Shown here: positions 1-10,962 of the stretch, in pieces | Position numbering within the stretch: the first letter of the stretch is position 1 | How the letters are laid out: each line of letters opens with the position of its first letter | Source of the DNA: Thecamonas trahens ATCC 50062 | Lineage: Eukaryota > Protista > Apusomonadida | DNA length: 64,000 nucleotides | Direction: 5' to 3' | Assembly: GCF_000142905.1 (NCBI RefSeq) | Contig: NW_013657650.1 | Coordinates: 131,388 to 195,387 of the forward strand | Made by a program: the position numbers and the translations under genes | Notes under the pieces: generated by a model | What the model saw: the letters and a program-made list of their open reading frames with translations, nothing else | What the model was told of the DNA's origin: nothing | Database searches by the model: none

Positions 1-264
1 GGGGGGGGGGGAGGGGGTGCGTTTGATGTGAGCAGGTAGCAAGCAGCCCGTGTCGCAGTCAGAGTCGAGTGCTTCACCGTCCGACCGCTAGCACATTGTC
101 AAGGCGCTGCTCTCGAACCCCCCTCCCCCCTCCTCTGCCGTGACCCACATAATATTTTCCCCTCTACTTCCGCAATCTGTCCACCGGCACTCAAACTGAC
201 TTCCCACCACAGTCTGCCATCACAACGGACAACCGACGGAGCACTCGTCGCACCTCCCGCCAGC

Positions 265-527
265 ATGGGAGTAACGTACTCGTCGGCGCTTCCGCCCAGC
301 TCGCAAGTCAAGCGACTCCAGAAGAGCGCGCTTGTGTCGAGAAAGGACCTCTTTGCCCTCAAGGAGGAGCTGCGTAAGATCCAGCTCCGTAACAAGGGTG
401 TTACCTGCGAAGACTTTGTCACCGTCGTCGACGAGCTCAACGTCGCCTCACCGCCGTTTGCCCGCCAGCTCTTTGCCCAGTTTGACGTCCACTCTGCCAA
501 CTGGGTCGATGCCAAGGACGTTGCCGT
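265..527 (+). CDS. 5' exon of an N-myristoylated calcineurin-B/NCS-like EF-hand protein (partial; downstream partner uncertain)
   Basis: MGVTYS myristoylation consensus; PPFARQLFAQFDVHSANWVDAKD resembles the CNB/NCS EF2 region; GTACGT splice donor at 528, followed by GT repeat and poly-C. Confidence 0.6.
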
Positions 528-662
528 GTACGTACTCTCCACCACCCTGTGTGTGTGTGTCCTTCCCTCCCTCGGTCACCTGCTCGTCGAGCCGCATCAC
601 CGTGAGCCCCCCCCCTCCCCCCCCCCGCACCCCCCAGTACCCCACCCTTCACTCCGCTACCC

Positions 663-1909
663 ATGACTGACACCCCCGCCCTCCCGCTGGACCTGCTCAC
701 GGAAGGCCCCTTCCTCAGCCACACCCCGCACACCGCCACCCATACTGCCCAGCTGGCAGGTGGCTTTGTCGGCGCCCTGCATGCCTACGTGGTTTCCACG
801 AGTCGGAAAGAAAGTACCGAGCCACCTACGTCGGACGACTCGATCGGCGACGTCATGGTGGCGTACAAGCTGCTCAACGACAACGAGTTTGGCCGGGCTG
901 GATCCATCAAGCACGGCTCGGCCCGCGAGGCTCTGTTCTACGCTGGTATCGCCAACGAGCTCCGCCCGGCACTCGGCTTCCTCATCCCGGCTGTATACGG
1001 CGCCCGCGGCGTGATGGAGTCCGGGGACTACGAGATTGCGCTTGAGTTTCTTGCTCCGGACACGGCCTTTCTTTCCGTCGTTGCCATGGGCAATCAGTTC
1101 AAGGACATGCCGGCTCCAGGCGTCGCGCCAGCCCACGATGCCTACCTCGCCGATCACAACCTCGGCGACCTGTTCAGCCTCGTTGCCCGCGCTGCCGCCA
1201 AGCTCCACGCCGCCACCTGGCGCGACGCCTCGCTGCTGAAGGTCCCCTACCTCCGCGGCGCCCCGTACTACGGTGACGATGAAGCAGAAGCCGGTCGCGT
1301 CAAGTGGGAGAATGTCATGGCCGACGTTGCCCGCGGTTGGGCCTCGGCCCGCGAACCGCTCGACGCCAGCGGCCTCTATCCGCGGCTCATCGCTGCCATG
1401 GACGCCTCGCTCGCAGCCTCGTCCTGGGATCGCTTCCGCACCGCATATGCCAAACTCATTGACGACGGGCCTTTTGCCCTTGGCCACGGCGATTTTCACG
1501 GCCACAACGTCTTTGTCCGCAACGACGTTGGCTCTGGCGAGTGGGAGGTGACCCTCCTTGACTGGGCTGTCGTCGGCCCCACCCATCCGATGGCCGACCT
1601 CACTCAGCTGGTCATTTCTGATGCCCCACCAGCGCTTCGCCGCGAGCACGAGCACGCCTACGTTCGTGCCTACTGGGAGGCTCTCACCGCTGCTGGTGTC
1701 GATCCCGCTGCGTTTACCTTTGACGACGCCTGGCTCGCCTACCGTGCCGGCTGGGGCGTCGGCCGCTGGCTGTGGATGATCGGCGTCCTCGGCCTCTTCA
1801 GCCTTCCAGATGCCATCTATGGTTACTTTGCCGCCCAGGTCGAGGCCTTTCTCGCCGACCACGCCGACGTCGCCCCGCCGACAACGTCTATCTTATTCAC
1901 TGCCTGTAG
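663..1909 (+). CDS. Aminoglycoside/choline/ecdysteroid-kinase-like (APH/EcKL) phosphotransferase
   Basis: HGDFHGHNVF catalytic loop and LLDW metal-binding motif. The raw ORF runs to 2783 antisense through the next gene; the true stop is probably TAG 1907-1909 after a 1-nt under-call. Confidence 0.8.
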
Positions 1910-1915
1910 CTGTCG

Positions 1916-2774
1916 TCACTCGCTCACACACTTGGCGCCGCACTTTTGCTCGAGGCAACGATCAAAGCCGGTGCACGAGAGTGGGTTGCCGGAAAAGTCG
2001 CAGTTGGAGAGGCCCTCTAGCTGGCACAGGCAGCCAGGCGCCGAGGTAAACGCGTTGTCGCCGGCGTGGATGATGATCACGTCTTTCCACTCGCACGCCG
2101 CTTCTGGGAACGCACCCGAGAACTTGTCACCTGCCCCGCCCTGCGAGCCGGCAATGGTGAACAGCTGCATCGACGTCCACGATCCAACTGTCGCCGGCAG
2201 TGTCCCGCTCAGCGAGTTGAAAATGTCGGCCGCAAACCACACCAGATCCTTCAGGTTGCCGATCGACGCCGGCACTGTTCCCTTCAGGTTGTTCTGCGCA
2301 ACTTCCAGCGCATACACATGCTCGTATCCGTCCGCTCCAGCCACACCCGGGTTGTGGCACTTGACACCAAACCAATGGTTCCTGCATCCCCACCATCGAC
2401 AACCACCCGCTTATCAGTCGCTTGCTTCATCGGTCTTGCTTGAAAAAAAAAGCCGCCAAAAAAAAGCGTCACCCTCTCCTCCGCACGTGCGCCAGCCAGC
2501 CACCACCCTCCCCCCTCTCCCCCCCCTCCCCCCACCCTCCCACCAACTGCACAACCTACCCACACGGGTCACCCTTCAACCACCCGCTGTTCGTCGACCA
2601 ACTAGGCCCTCCCGTGGCGTTGTAAAAGTCGACCAGTGCAGCCACCTCCTGCGGGTCCGTCACCGCATCGGCACCTGTCGCCAAGAGCAGGAACACGACC
2701 AAGACAGCCAGGGCAACCAGAGCAGATTCACGGACGACGCGGGCGAGACCAACCGCACAGGTCATACGAGTCAT
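1916..2774 (-). CDS. Secreted plant-type LRR protein (LRRNT cap), 2 exons: 2774-2560 and 2381-1916
   Basis: Hydrophobic signal peptide; ALVDFYNATGGPSW...W..GDPC-GNHWFGVKC cap; NNLKGTVPASIGNLKDL repeats; GTAGGT...CAG intron 2559-2382 joins the exons in frame. Confidence 0.85.
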
Positions 2775-2866
2775 GCGAGATGATGCACTCCAAGTCAAGC
2801 AGGACCAAGCGTCGAGTGCAGACTGCCTTGCTGCCGACTTGCATTTTTCCGTGCACCTTTTTTTCT

Positions 2867-5800
2867 TTACGCCTCCGTCACACGCTCAAAGTCACTCTCA
2901 CTGGTGTCGAGAATGAGCTCCACGGCAGTTGACATCTCCACCCGATCAGACGGCCGGGTGAGCCAACAGGCTGCCAGCAGGCGAGAGAGTCGATGTGAGG
3001 CAATGCCGGTAGTCTCCGGAAGCTCGTTCTTGGAAATCTTGTGCGCCACCTGCATGGTCGACTCGCCTTCAAACGCCGGCTTGCCCGTCAGCATTTCATA
3101 CAGCAGAGAGCCAAAAGAGTACACGTCCGACGGTGGGCCCTCGACTCCGCCAGTGAGGATCTCGGGCGCGAGGAAGGCCACCGACGGCGACATGGTCATT
3201 GTCGCCACAGACACCTTGACTCGCGTGAGGCCGACGTCAGAGAGCGCCACAGACGAGCCGCCTGAGTTGCTCAGAAGTACATTCGTCGGCTTGAGCGCTC
3301 CGTGGTACTTTCCGATGCGATGGAGGCCCGCCACGGCGCGCCCCGTCGCCAGCGCCACAGTCCGCAGGAACTTGGGATCTGTCCGCCCGTTCTGCATCGC
3401 CGCTGCAAGCGAGCCGAGCTCGTAGAACGGGACTGCAAAACTAATGTACGGCCGCAGGCACGAGATCGCCACCGGCGCTACCACAGAGCCGACTGCAGCA
3501 AGCTGCGACGTCCGCATCACCTCCGCCAGCCCGCAGGCCAGTGTAATGAGCGATTCCTGCGACGGCGACTGCTCCATCAGCACCTTGACCAACACCCGCC
3601 GCCCGTTGAGGTCTGAGACCAGAACACGCGTAAACGACCCGCTTCCGATGTGCATTCCGCGCTGGATCATCGCCCGGGCTTGCGGGACAGACATCAGCAC
3701 CCCCTGCGACTCGTTCGACATCATCATTCCCACTTTCTCCGTAAACTGCTCGACCCCAGCAGACCCAGTGCCCGAACCTGACGAGCCGACAGGCATTGAT
3801 ATTCCCACCAGTTCCAAATTCGCCGCCGGCGGAAGCAAGGGCGGCGTTGCGCTGGAATCAATCGTCGGAATACTGCCATACTCCCTGTTGCCGCTGCCGC
3901 CGCCGGGCAGCGAAGCGCCTAATCCGCCCGAGGCCGGTAGTGAACCTGACGATGACGACGATGACAGGCTCAGTAGCTCCGCCGACGACATCGACGCCGC
4001 GCGACTCTTGTGCTCTCTCCTCACCGTCAGCGAGTGTCGCATCGCACGCTGCGGCACAGCCTTGGACATATCCATGTTCCGCTGCTCGGGCGCGCTCTGC
4101 ATTGCTGTCGACGACACTGACGCCAGCGCATCTACGGTCACAATCCGTGCCATACCGCTCGACCCAACCTTTGCAAGCGTCACCTCACAGCTGCGATCGG
4201 CCCGGATCACCCCCCGAGCTCCTTGACAACGCTTGGTGTCACATACAAGCCTGGTTCTCCCCGGAGCGCCGCCTTGCTCCGCAGCCCATGTACAAGTCGC
4301 TCCACCGCCGAGCCGGAGAACACCAGCTGCTTATCCATCACCCCCTGGCCCCGCACCACGCGCGAGACAATCGAGCCTTGCGCCACAACCAGCCTCGTCG
4401 CCTCCAGGAGCTCAGACTCGGACTCGGTGAGAAAGTACTGCGCAAAGACCGCCACCTGCGACGCCACCTTGAACGCAATCAGCACGTCGGTCAGGGTTGT
4501 CTCCAGCATGTGCGCAGACGCCATCGTTGCTGCCTGGCGCATTGCATTGTGGAACTGGCCCAGGATCGTCTCCGCAACCTTAGGCGCCTCAAAAAGGAGC
4601 GCCGCCCCGTTGACCAGCGATGCCCGCGCGAGCACCACATGGCCCGACGGCAGCGCTGCCACAGACGGCGTCACCACCTCACTCAGCGAGTACTTGCTCG
4701 CCAGCTGCTGCGCAATCTCGGCCATGGTCGGCCGCTCGCTAGCGTCCTGATGCCACCCGTCCGTAAGCAGCGGCACATACTCGTGCGCCCAGCCCGGAAT
4801 GACCGACAAAATCGGCCGCGCCAGCCCAACAGACACCTCCAGTGCCACGGACACAGGATTCCGCCCCGAGTACGGATCGCATCGTGAGAGCAGTTCCCAC
4901 AGCGTCACTGCAAACGCGTACACATCGCTTGCACTACTCGCCGCCGCGACACCGTCGTCCAGCACCTCGGGCGCGGTCCACAGCAGTGAGCCCAGGTTTT
5001 TGTTCGCTCCAGCACCGCGCTTGCGGAGCGCAAACCGCTTCCGAATAGACTGCGTGTTGAAACCACCGGAGCCCACCTGTGTCACGATGCGCGCCTCAAA
5101 CGGATCAGACGAGGCCAACGTCTTGTCCAGCCCGTCGCCCTTGTCTGAGACTGCCAACGAAGGTGACTCGAACAGCCCTCGCCGCGTCGACCGCGCTCGA
5201 TCCACGCCTCGCTTCTTGTCCCCGTTCCTTGCCATTGTAGACTTGGGCGAAATGACCGCAGAGAGGCCAAAGTCACAGATCTTTGGCACCCACCCAGCGT
5301 CGAGGAGCACGTTCAGCGACTTCATGTCGCGATGGACCACTCCCGCAGAGTGTAGAAAATCGAGCCCGAGCGCAATGCAGTGCGCCCACCAGAGCACCAG
5401 GTCGCGGCCGAGCGCATACTCAAAGTTGTGCAGCGCAGAGTAGAGCGATCCGTTCGGCATGTACTCGGTCACAAGTCCAGCAGGCTCCACCACAATGCCC
5501 ATGAACAGCACAATGTACGGATGCCGCAGCTGCATCAACATCTTTGCCTCGCTCACAAACGCGTTCAGCCGCGTCGCGTCCTTGTCGAGATCGTGCACAT
5601 GCTTCACCGCCATTGGCGCGCCGCGCCACTTCACCAAGTACACCGTTCCGAACGAGCCGGCTCCAACTGCGCTGCACACCTCAAGCTCGTCAAGCTCGAT
5701 GGCAACTTCCTTGGCCACGTCCAGCTTGAACACAACGTCGCGCGCTCGACAGTGCCATACCATCCCAATCGCCGCAACACAGCAGATCACACCAGTAGCG

Positions 5801-8087
5801 CCAAGCACCACGTAGAGCACGACCAGCCCCGTTGGCGATAAACTCGGCGCCACACGGCACTCTTTTCCGAAACAGCCACCAAACACAGGCACGCCATTGC
5901 ATGTGGCCGTTCCGAGCAAGGCAAGCGCGTCCGCAACCGTCGTGTTCGGAAGCGGGGCCACAGCTGCCCGCGCCATCGCAAGCGGCGCATCCTCCGAGGT
6001 CAGCAGCCATGAGTAAAACTCTGCAAAGACATGTACCCCGCTGCACTCGCCCGACGATGCTAGCTGCACTGTAAAATACACATACGTGCAGATCGGCCAC
6101 GTCTGCTCGCCTCCCATGTTGACGAGTCTCCTCACGAGAGAATGCGGCTCACTGACTGCCGCCTGCTTGTCGGCCTCGCGCATCGCCGACACCACGTTGG
6201 CAACCCCGGGCTCCACAACTCGCCCCGCCGCATTGAACATCCGCGCCGTCACAAGATTGTGAGTCCGGACGTGGGCATAGTCACTGGCCCCGATCATATT
6301 CTGCGAGTTGGCAATGCCGCTGGCAAGGTCCGCTTCCGACCCGTACCGAACCACGCAACCGCCGCGGTCCTCCGCCGGCCACAGCCCCGGCGCCACGTAC
6401 GCCACCGCGCCAACCCGGTTACCAAACTCGGGCGAAAGCGCCGAAAGGGCAGACGTCAGGGTGTACGTTGTCCCCGAGCTTGTGTCGAGCACCGCCAAGC
6501 AAATCGTGGCGTTGGGCAGGTGCCCGGCGAGTCCTGGGTTGAGCAATGAAATCGCGGCATCGTCCCACCGCGTCACTCTGCCAAGAAAGAGGTTTGCGAG
6601 CAGCGTGCCGTCGAGCTGTAGGTGCGGTACAACTTGCGGCGCGCCCGGCCCGAGCTCCAACGTGTACGGCAGTGCAATGCTGATGCCGGCGGCGGGAACG
6701 ACCACAACCTGGTCCAGGGCTTGTGCATCCGTCTCGGTCACCACGTCGACGCCGCCAAAGACCGAGATGCCACCAACTACGTCGGCCATGCCCAAGCCGT
6801 GGCTCTGGTAACGTAGCTGGCGCCCCTTGAGCTCGTTAAACAGGGCCATCGTCGAGAGATACAGCGGTGCTGCAACGGTCTTACCAGATCCACGTACCGA
6901 GCCAACAGACGGAGCGGCAAAGGTGCCTCCGCACTTGATGGACTCGAGCGACGCCAGCGCATACTCGACAATCGACGGTGGGAGCGGGACATGGCCGTGA
7001 TCCCATGCATGCGCCTGAACAAATCGCGACGAGACAAGGTGCATCGCCCCGGCGACCGTGCTCTTAATCGCCTCGCATCGCGCGTGACTCACGTCGCTAA
7101 GGTCGCGAGGGATCATCAGCCATTCGGCATAGACCAGCGGCCATCCGTCTGTGACACCCGAGGCCAGTGCCGCAAGATTGCTAATGTCCATGCCGTTGGC
7201 CCCCACCTCGACAGTGTGGCGCGAGACGGCAATCGCGGCCCCGTGCATCGGCAGCATCCGGGCCACCGTAACCGAGCCGGTGAACCGAACCGCAGTCTCC
7301 GATGTTACAACTGTCAGCGTGTGCACTGTTGCCATCACTCGCGTCATGGCCTCGTCCATCGATGCCACGGCAATCCGCATTCCCTCTCCCACCGCTGGCT
7401 CGTCCATAGACGACCCCAGCCGTGTCTGCAGCCGCGCCACGACCACATCGACACCGGCGTCGCCGTGCGCCACAATCGCAACTGTGGCGTTCGGTAGTGT
7501 AACACCAGGATTGGCCGCCACTATTCTCGGATCGTTCCATCGTGTGATGCGACCTTCCCAAATCCAAACAAGCAGTTGCGGTGTGAGCGCAAAGTCATGC
7601 ATGAGGCCCGGGAGATGGACCACAGGCACCAGGTACGAGATGACCACCGGCGCTGCTGCCACATACGTCTCGCACTGCCTGCCCTGCGCCAGTAGCTCTT
7701 GTGGACATTGCTCTCCCAAGTATGCGCCCGGATCGACAATCTCAAGCGCCACAGCGCCTGACAACTCCTCCACCGTACCGCCTTTGCTGTCAAGCCCCGA
7801 TGGGGGATTGACGCCATGAGCGCATGCATGGCATCGCGAGGCGACGACTCGGTCACCGCCACGTCCCAGTCACGCTTGCGGGTCCGTAACACACCGGCTG
7901 CCATGCTTCGCGCACCGAATCGAATAAACTCTCCCATCGAGGTCGTCCCCACTAGAACGGCGCTCGCCTCAACCGCTTGCCGGGGGTTTCGGCTCTGGGC
8001 CGCACCAGCGACGTCTGCGGGAACGGCCGATGGCAGGAGCGCCACCATGACGACAGCTCCCAGCAGAGTCACACAACCGAGCCACAT
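2867..8087 (-). CDS. Receptor TKL kinase: signal peptide, 2x PstS-like PBP domains, TM, kinase, degenerate class III cyclase, pseudokinase (3 ORFs joined by 2 frameshifts)
   Basis: IWEGRITRWNDPRIVAANPG and LFLGRVTRWDDAAISLLNPG PBP motifs; TM LVVLYVVLGATGVICCVAAIGMVW; GAGSFG/VK/HRDMKSLN/DFG/APE kinase; second kinase has HGALKPTN/DVG; frame breaks near 7816 and 4210-4215. Confidence 0.85.
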
Positions 8088-8299
8088 GTGGGGTATGCTT
8101 CGAACTCGACAAGTACAGCGGGTGTGGCGGTGTGTTTGGGGGGGGGGGGGGAGGAAGGTGTGGAGTTACAGGCGTCAAGTGACTTGCCCTCTGCCGCCTG
8201 CTTGCTGAGAGGAGCGGGTGACAGGGACACAAAGTATCAGAGAACGTTCGAGATTGGGTCAATATCAAACTGAGCAAATTATTCCAGCTTTGTACCGGG

Positions 8300-9848
8300 T
8301 CATGACGCTGTTAGTTCGGCCACGGCGGCAACAACGCCATCGCGTGCAACTTCGACTTGCGAGGCAGCATCTAGGTCGCGCACAACGATCCGATCCGGAG
8401 AATAAACGAGGACTACAAGACGAGCGCCGGCCTTGGCGGCCCGGCGGAGCCGCTTCGAGACGGCCGAGGAGGAGAGCGGCTTGACTACGCCGTCATAGTC
8501 GTGGACTACAGGCAGAGATGAACAATGAGCCGACACCCGCAGCTCGCGCGCGATGTCCGTCGCACTCGCCACCGCATCACCGCTGGTCGAAATGACCGCC
8601 ACTGGTCGGGCCGCGCCGGGGCCCCATCCTTCGCTCCCATGGGTCTCGTCGAGCGCGAGGACAAGCCGCTCGAGGCCGGCGGCCCAGCCGAGGCCGGGTA
8701 GGCTCGCCGGCCCACCCATGACAGTTGCAAGCTCGCCGTAGCGCCCACCGGCGAGCAGCGTCGCCTGCGACGCGCCGAGTGAGGTTGCCGAGCCCACAAC
8801 TTCAAACACGGTCTCGGTGTAGTAGTCGAGGCCGCGGACGAGCGTCTCGTCGACGACGTAGTCGATGCCAGCGGCTGCGAGACCGTCGCAGAGCGCATGG
8901 AACCGCGCCTCGGCCGCAGAACTCAGCAGCCCCGAGCCAAGTAGCGTCGGCGCGCCGGCCACAGCGGCGGCGTCTGCCGGATGCTTCGAGTCGAGGATGC
9001 GCAGCGGTGCACCGCGCTCCAGACGCGCCACAGACTCACCCGAAAGTCCACCGTCGGCCGCCGCTGAGTTAAAGTACTCGCGCAACACCTCGGCGTACGC
9101 TCCCTGGCACGCGCTCGTCCCAAGGCTGTTGATCCGGAGCTGGTAGTCGCTGCCAGACTGGAGCCCGATGTCGGCGAGGAAGCCCGACGCAGCTTCGAGC
9201 GCCTCCAACTCCCCCTGCACACTAGCGTATGCCCCGCCGTCCTGCACCTCCTTTCCGAGGCCAAAGACCTCGATGCCGAGCTGGGTGAACTGGCGCTCCC
9301 GCCCGCGCTGCGGCCGCTCGCGGCGAAACATCGGCCCTGCATACGCCAGCCGCAGCGGCGCTGTCGGCCCGATAGTACTCGCCGCGCCAAAGGTGGAGGC
9401 CACCACCTCGCGCACCAGGCCCGCTGTGCCCTCGGGACGCAGTACGAGCTTCTGCCCACCATCGCGCCCAGCACTCGCCTCGCTAGCCCTTGCCCCAGCA
9501 AGTTCAAACATCTCTTTCTGCACAATGTCCGAGCTGTCTCCGAGCGAAGCCGTAAAGGTACCTGCTGGCTCGACAAGCGGGCCCTCCACAGGGCCGTAGC
9601 CGAACCGCCACACCGCCGCCCAGAAGGCATTGACCACCGCCTGCCGCTGCCTCGCCCGCTCGCCCCAGTGGACCGCCATCCCACGCACCCTCTGCATCCC
9701 TGACACAAAGCCCTTTTATACCGGTGCCCTCGAAGTAGAGGTGGTGGTAGTGGGTGAGAGGGGGGGGGGGCGTGTGAGGTGGTGAGGTGGTGCCGTCCCG
9801 ATCCGGATCAGGACATACTGCTGCGGCGGTGACGCGCCCCGCAGCCAT
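8300..9848 (-). CDS. hisS: Histidyl-tRNA synthetase, bacterial/organellar type (probable exons 9848-9819 and 9691-8300)
   Basis: LRPEGTA, GPMFRRERPQRGRERQFTQ, VRGLDYYT and GGRY motifs, plus C-terminal anticodon-binding domain; the 5' exon (GTATGT donor) is tentative. Confidence 0.92.
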
Positions 9849-9918
9849 CGGCCCAGCACTCCCCGCCCCCCCCTTCCTTCATGTCTCGGCCTTTTATGCC
9901 TTCTTCATGAATCTTCAA

Positions 9919-10848
9919 TCAAAACCACACAAGCGCAACGGCATACAGCGTGCCGTGGAGAAGTGCAGCGGCGATGGTGAGCGGGATGGCCCGCGCGAGC
10001 TTGGACGGCTCATCGGCAAAGGCAACGACGTCGAGTCCGGCGCGGAGGGAGAGGGCGAGCGGGAGGCCGGCTAGCATCTGTCCGGTTGCGCCCATCTCCT
10101 CCGGCATCGTGGCCCAGAGCCAGCACAGCGCAGCAGAGGTCGAGCCGACGTAGAGGTACGAGGCCCGCGCGGGGCCAAGCCGCACCACAGACGTCCGCTT
10201 GCCCACAGCGGCGTCGGCCTTGGCGTCAGGAAACATGTTGATGACCAGCAAGTTCGAGACGAGGAGCGCATACGGCGTGCCGATCACTAGCGGGCTCGTG
10301 CTCCATCCCGACGTCTGTGCATAGTAGGTACCGACCGGGATGAGGAGGCCGAACGAGGCCGCCACCGCAGCCTCGCCGAGCCCGCGTGCCGCCAGATTGA
10401 GCGGCGGCGCCGTGTAGCCCCATGCAATAACAAGGCCCAGCACGCCGATGCCCACCAGTCCGACCCCGGCCACCGCCGTCAGCGCCAGACCGATTGCAGC
10501 CGTCGCCGCCAGCAGCGCCAGGCCGAACTTCAGCATGTTCTCCTTGGCAATGACCTTGTTCTGGATGAACCGCGAGCCGCCGGTGAACGGGAAGATTCGC
10601 CCGGTGTTAATCTCATCCGTCCCGCTCTCGGCATCGTAGTAATCGTTGAGGATGTTTGCTCCCGCAAGTGCGAGTACCGCTCCGATCGCCGTTGCCAATG
10701 CCCGCACCGCATACACTGCCGCGCCGTCGGCTGCCACCGCTGCCAAGCCCAGCGCCACCGGCACCGCAGCCGCCAGCAAAAACGGCGGCCGCGTCGCCGC
10801 AAAGTACACCACTGCCCGTGGTGTCGTCGAGTCCGGTCTTGGCTCCAT
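9919..10848 (-). CDS. menA: UbiA-family prenyltransferase, MenA/UBIAD1-like (DHNA prenyltransferase)
   Basis: ATRPPFL, NDYYDAESGTD and NMFPDAKADAAVGKRT motifs; multiple TM helices. Confidence 0.85.
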   Translation of the reverse strand: MEPRPDSTTPRAVVYFAATRPPFLLAAAVPVALGLAAVAADGAAVYAVRALATAIGAVLALAGANILNDYYDAESGTDEINTGRIFPFTGGSRFIQNKVIAKENMLKFGLALLAATAAIGLALTAVAGVGLVGIGVLGLVIAWGYTAPPLNLAARGLGEAAVAASFGLLIPVGTYYAQTSGWSTSPLVIGTPYALLVSNLLVINMFPDAKADAAVGKRTSVVRLGPARASYLYVGSTSAALCWLWATMPEEMGATGQMLAGLPLALSLRAGLDVVAFADEPSKLARAIPLTIAAALLHGTLYAVALVWF

Positions 10849-10865
10849 GTTCAATCCCTACCTGC

Positions 10866-10883
10866 TGTGTGTGTGTGTGTGTG

Positions 10884-10914
<31 letters not shown>
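10866..10914. repeat. (GT)n microsatellite
   Basis: Directly visible. Confidence 0.95.
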
Positions 10915-10962
10915 CGTCAAAGAAAGAAAGAGGCCTGACTGCGAGCAATCTTGCCCGTCGGC

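Noticed and set aside
1910-2783. C-terminal ~290 aa of the 706-aa ORF 663-2783
   Set aside because: It is the antisense of the LRR gene and its intron; better explained by a 1-nt error before TAG 1907-1909
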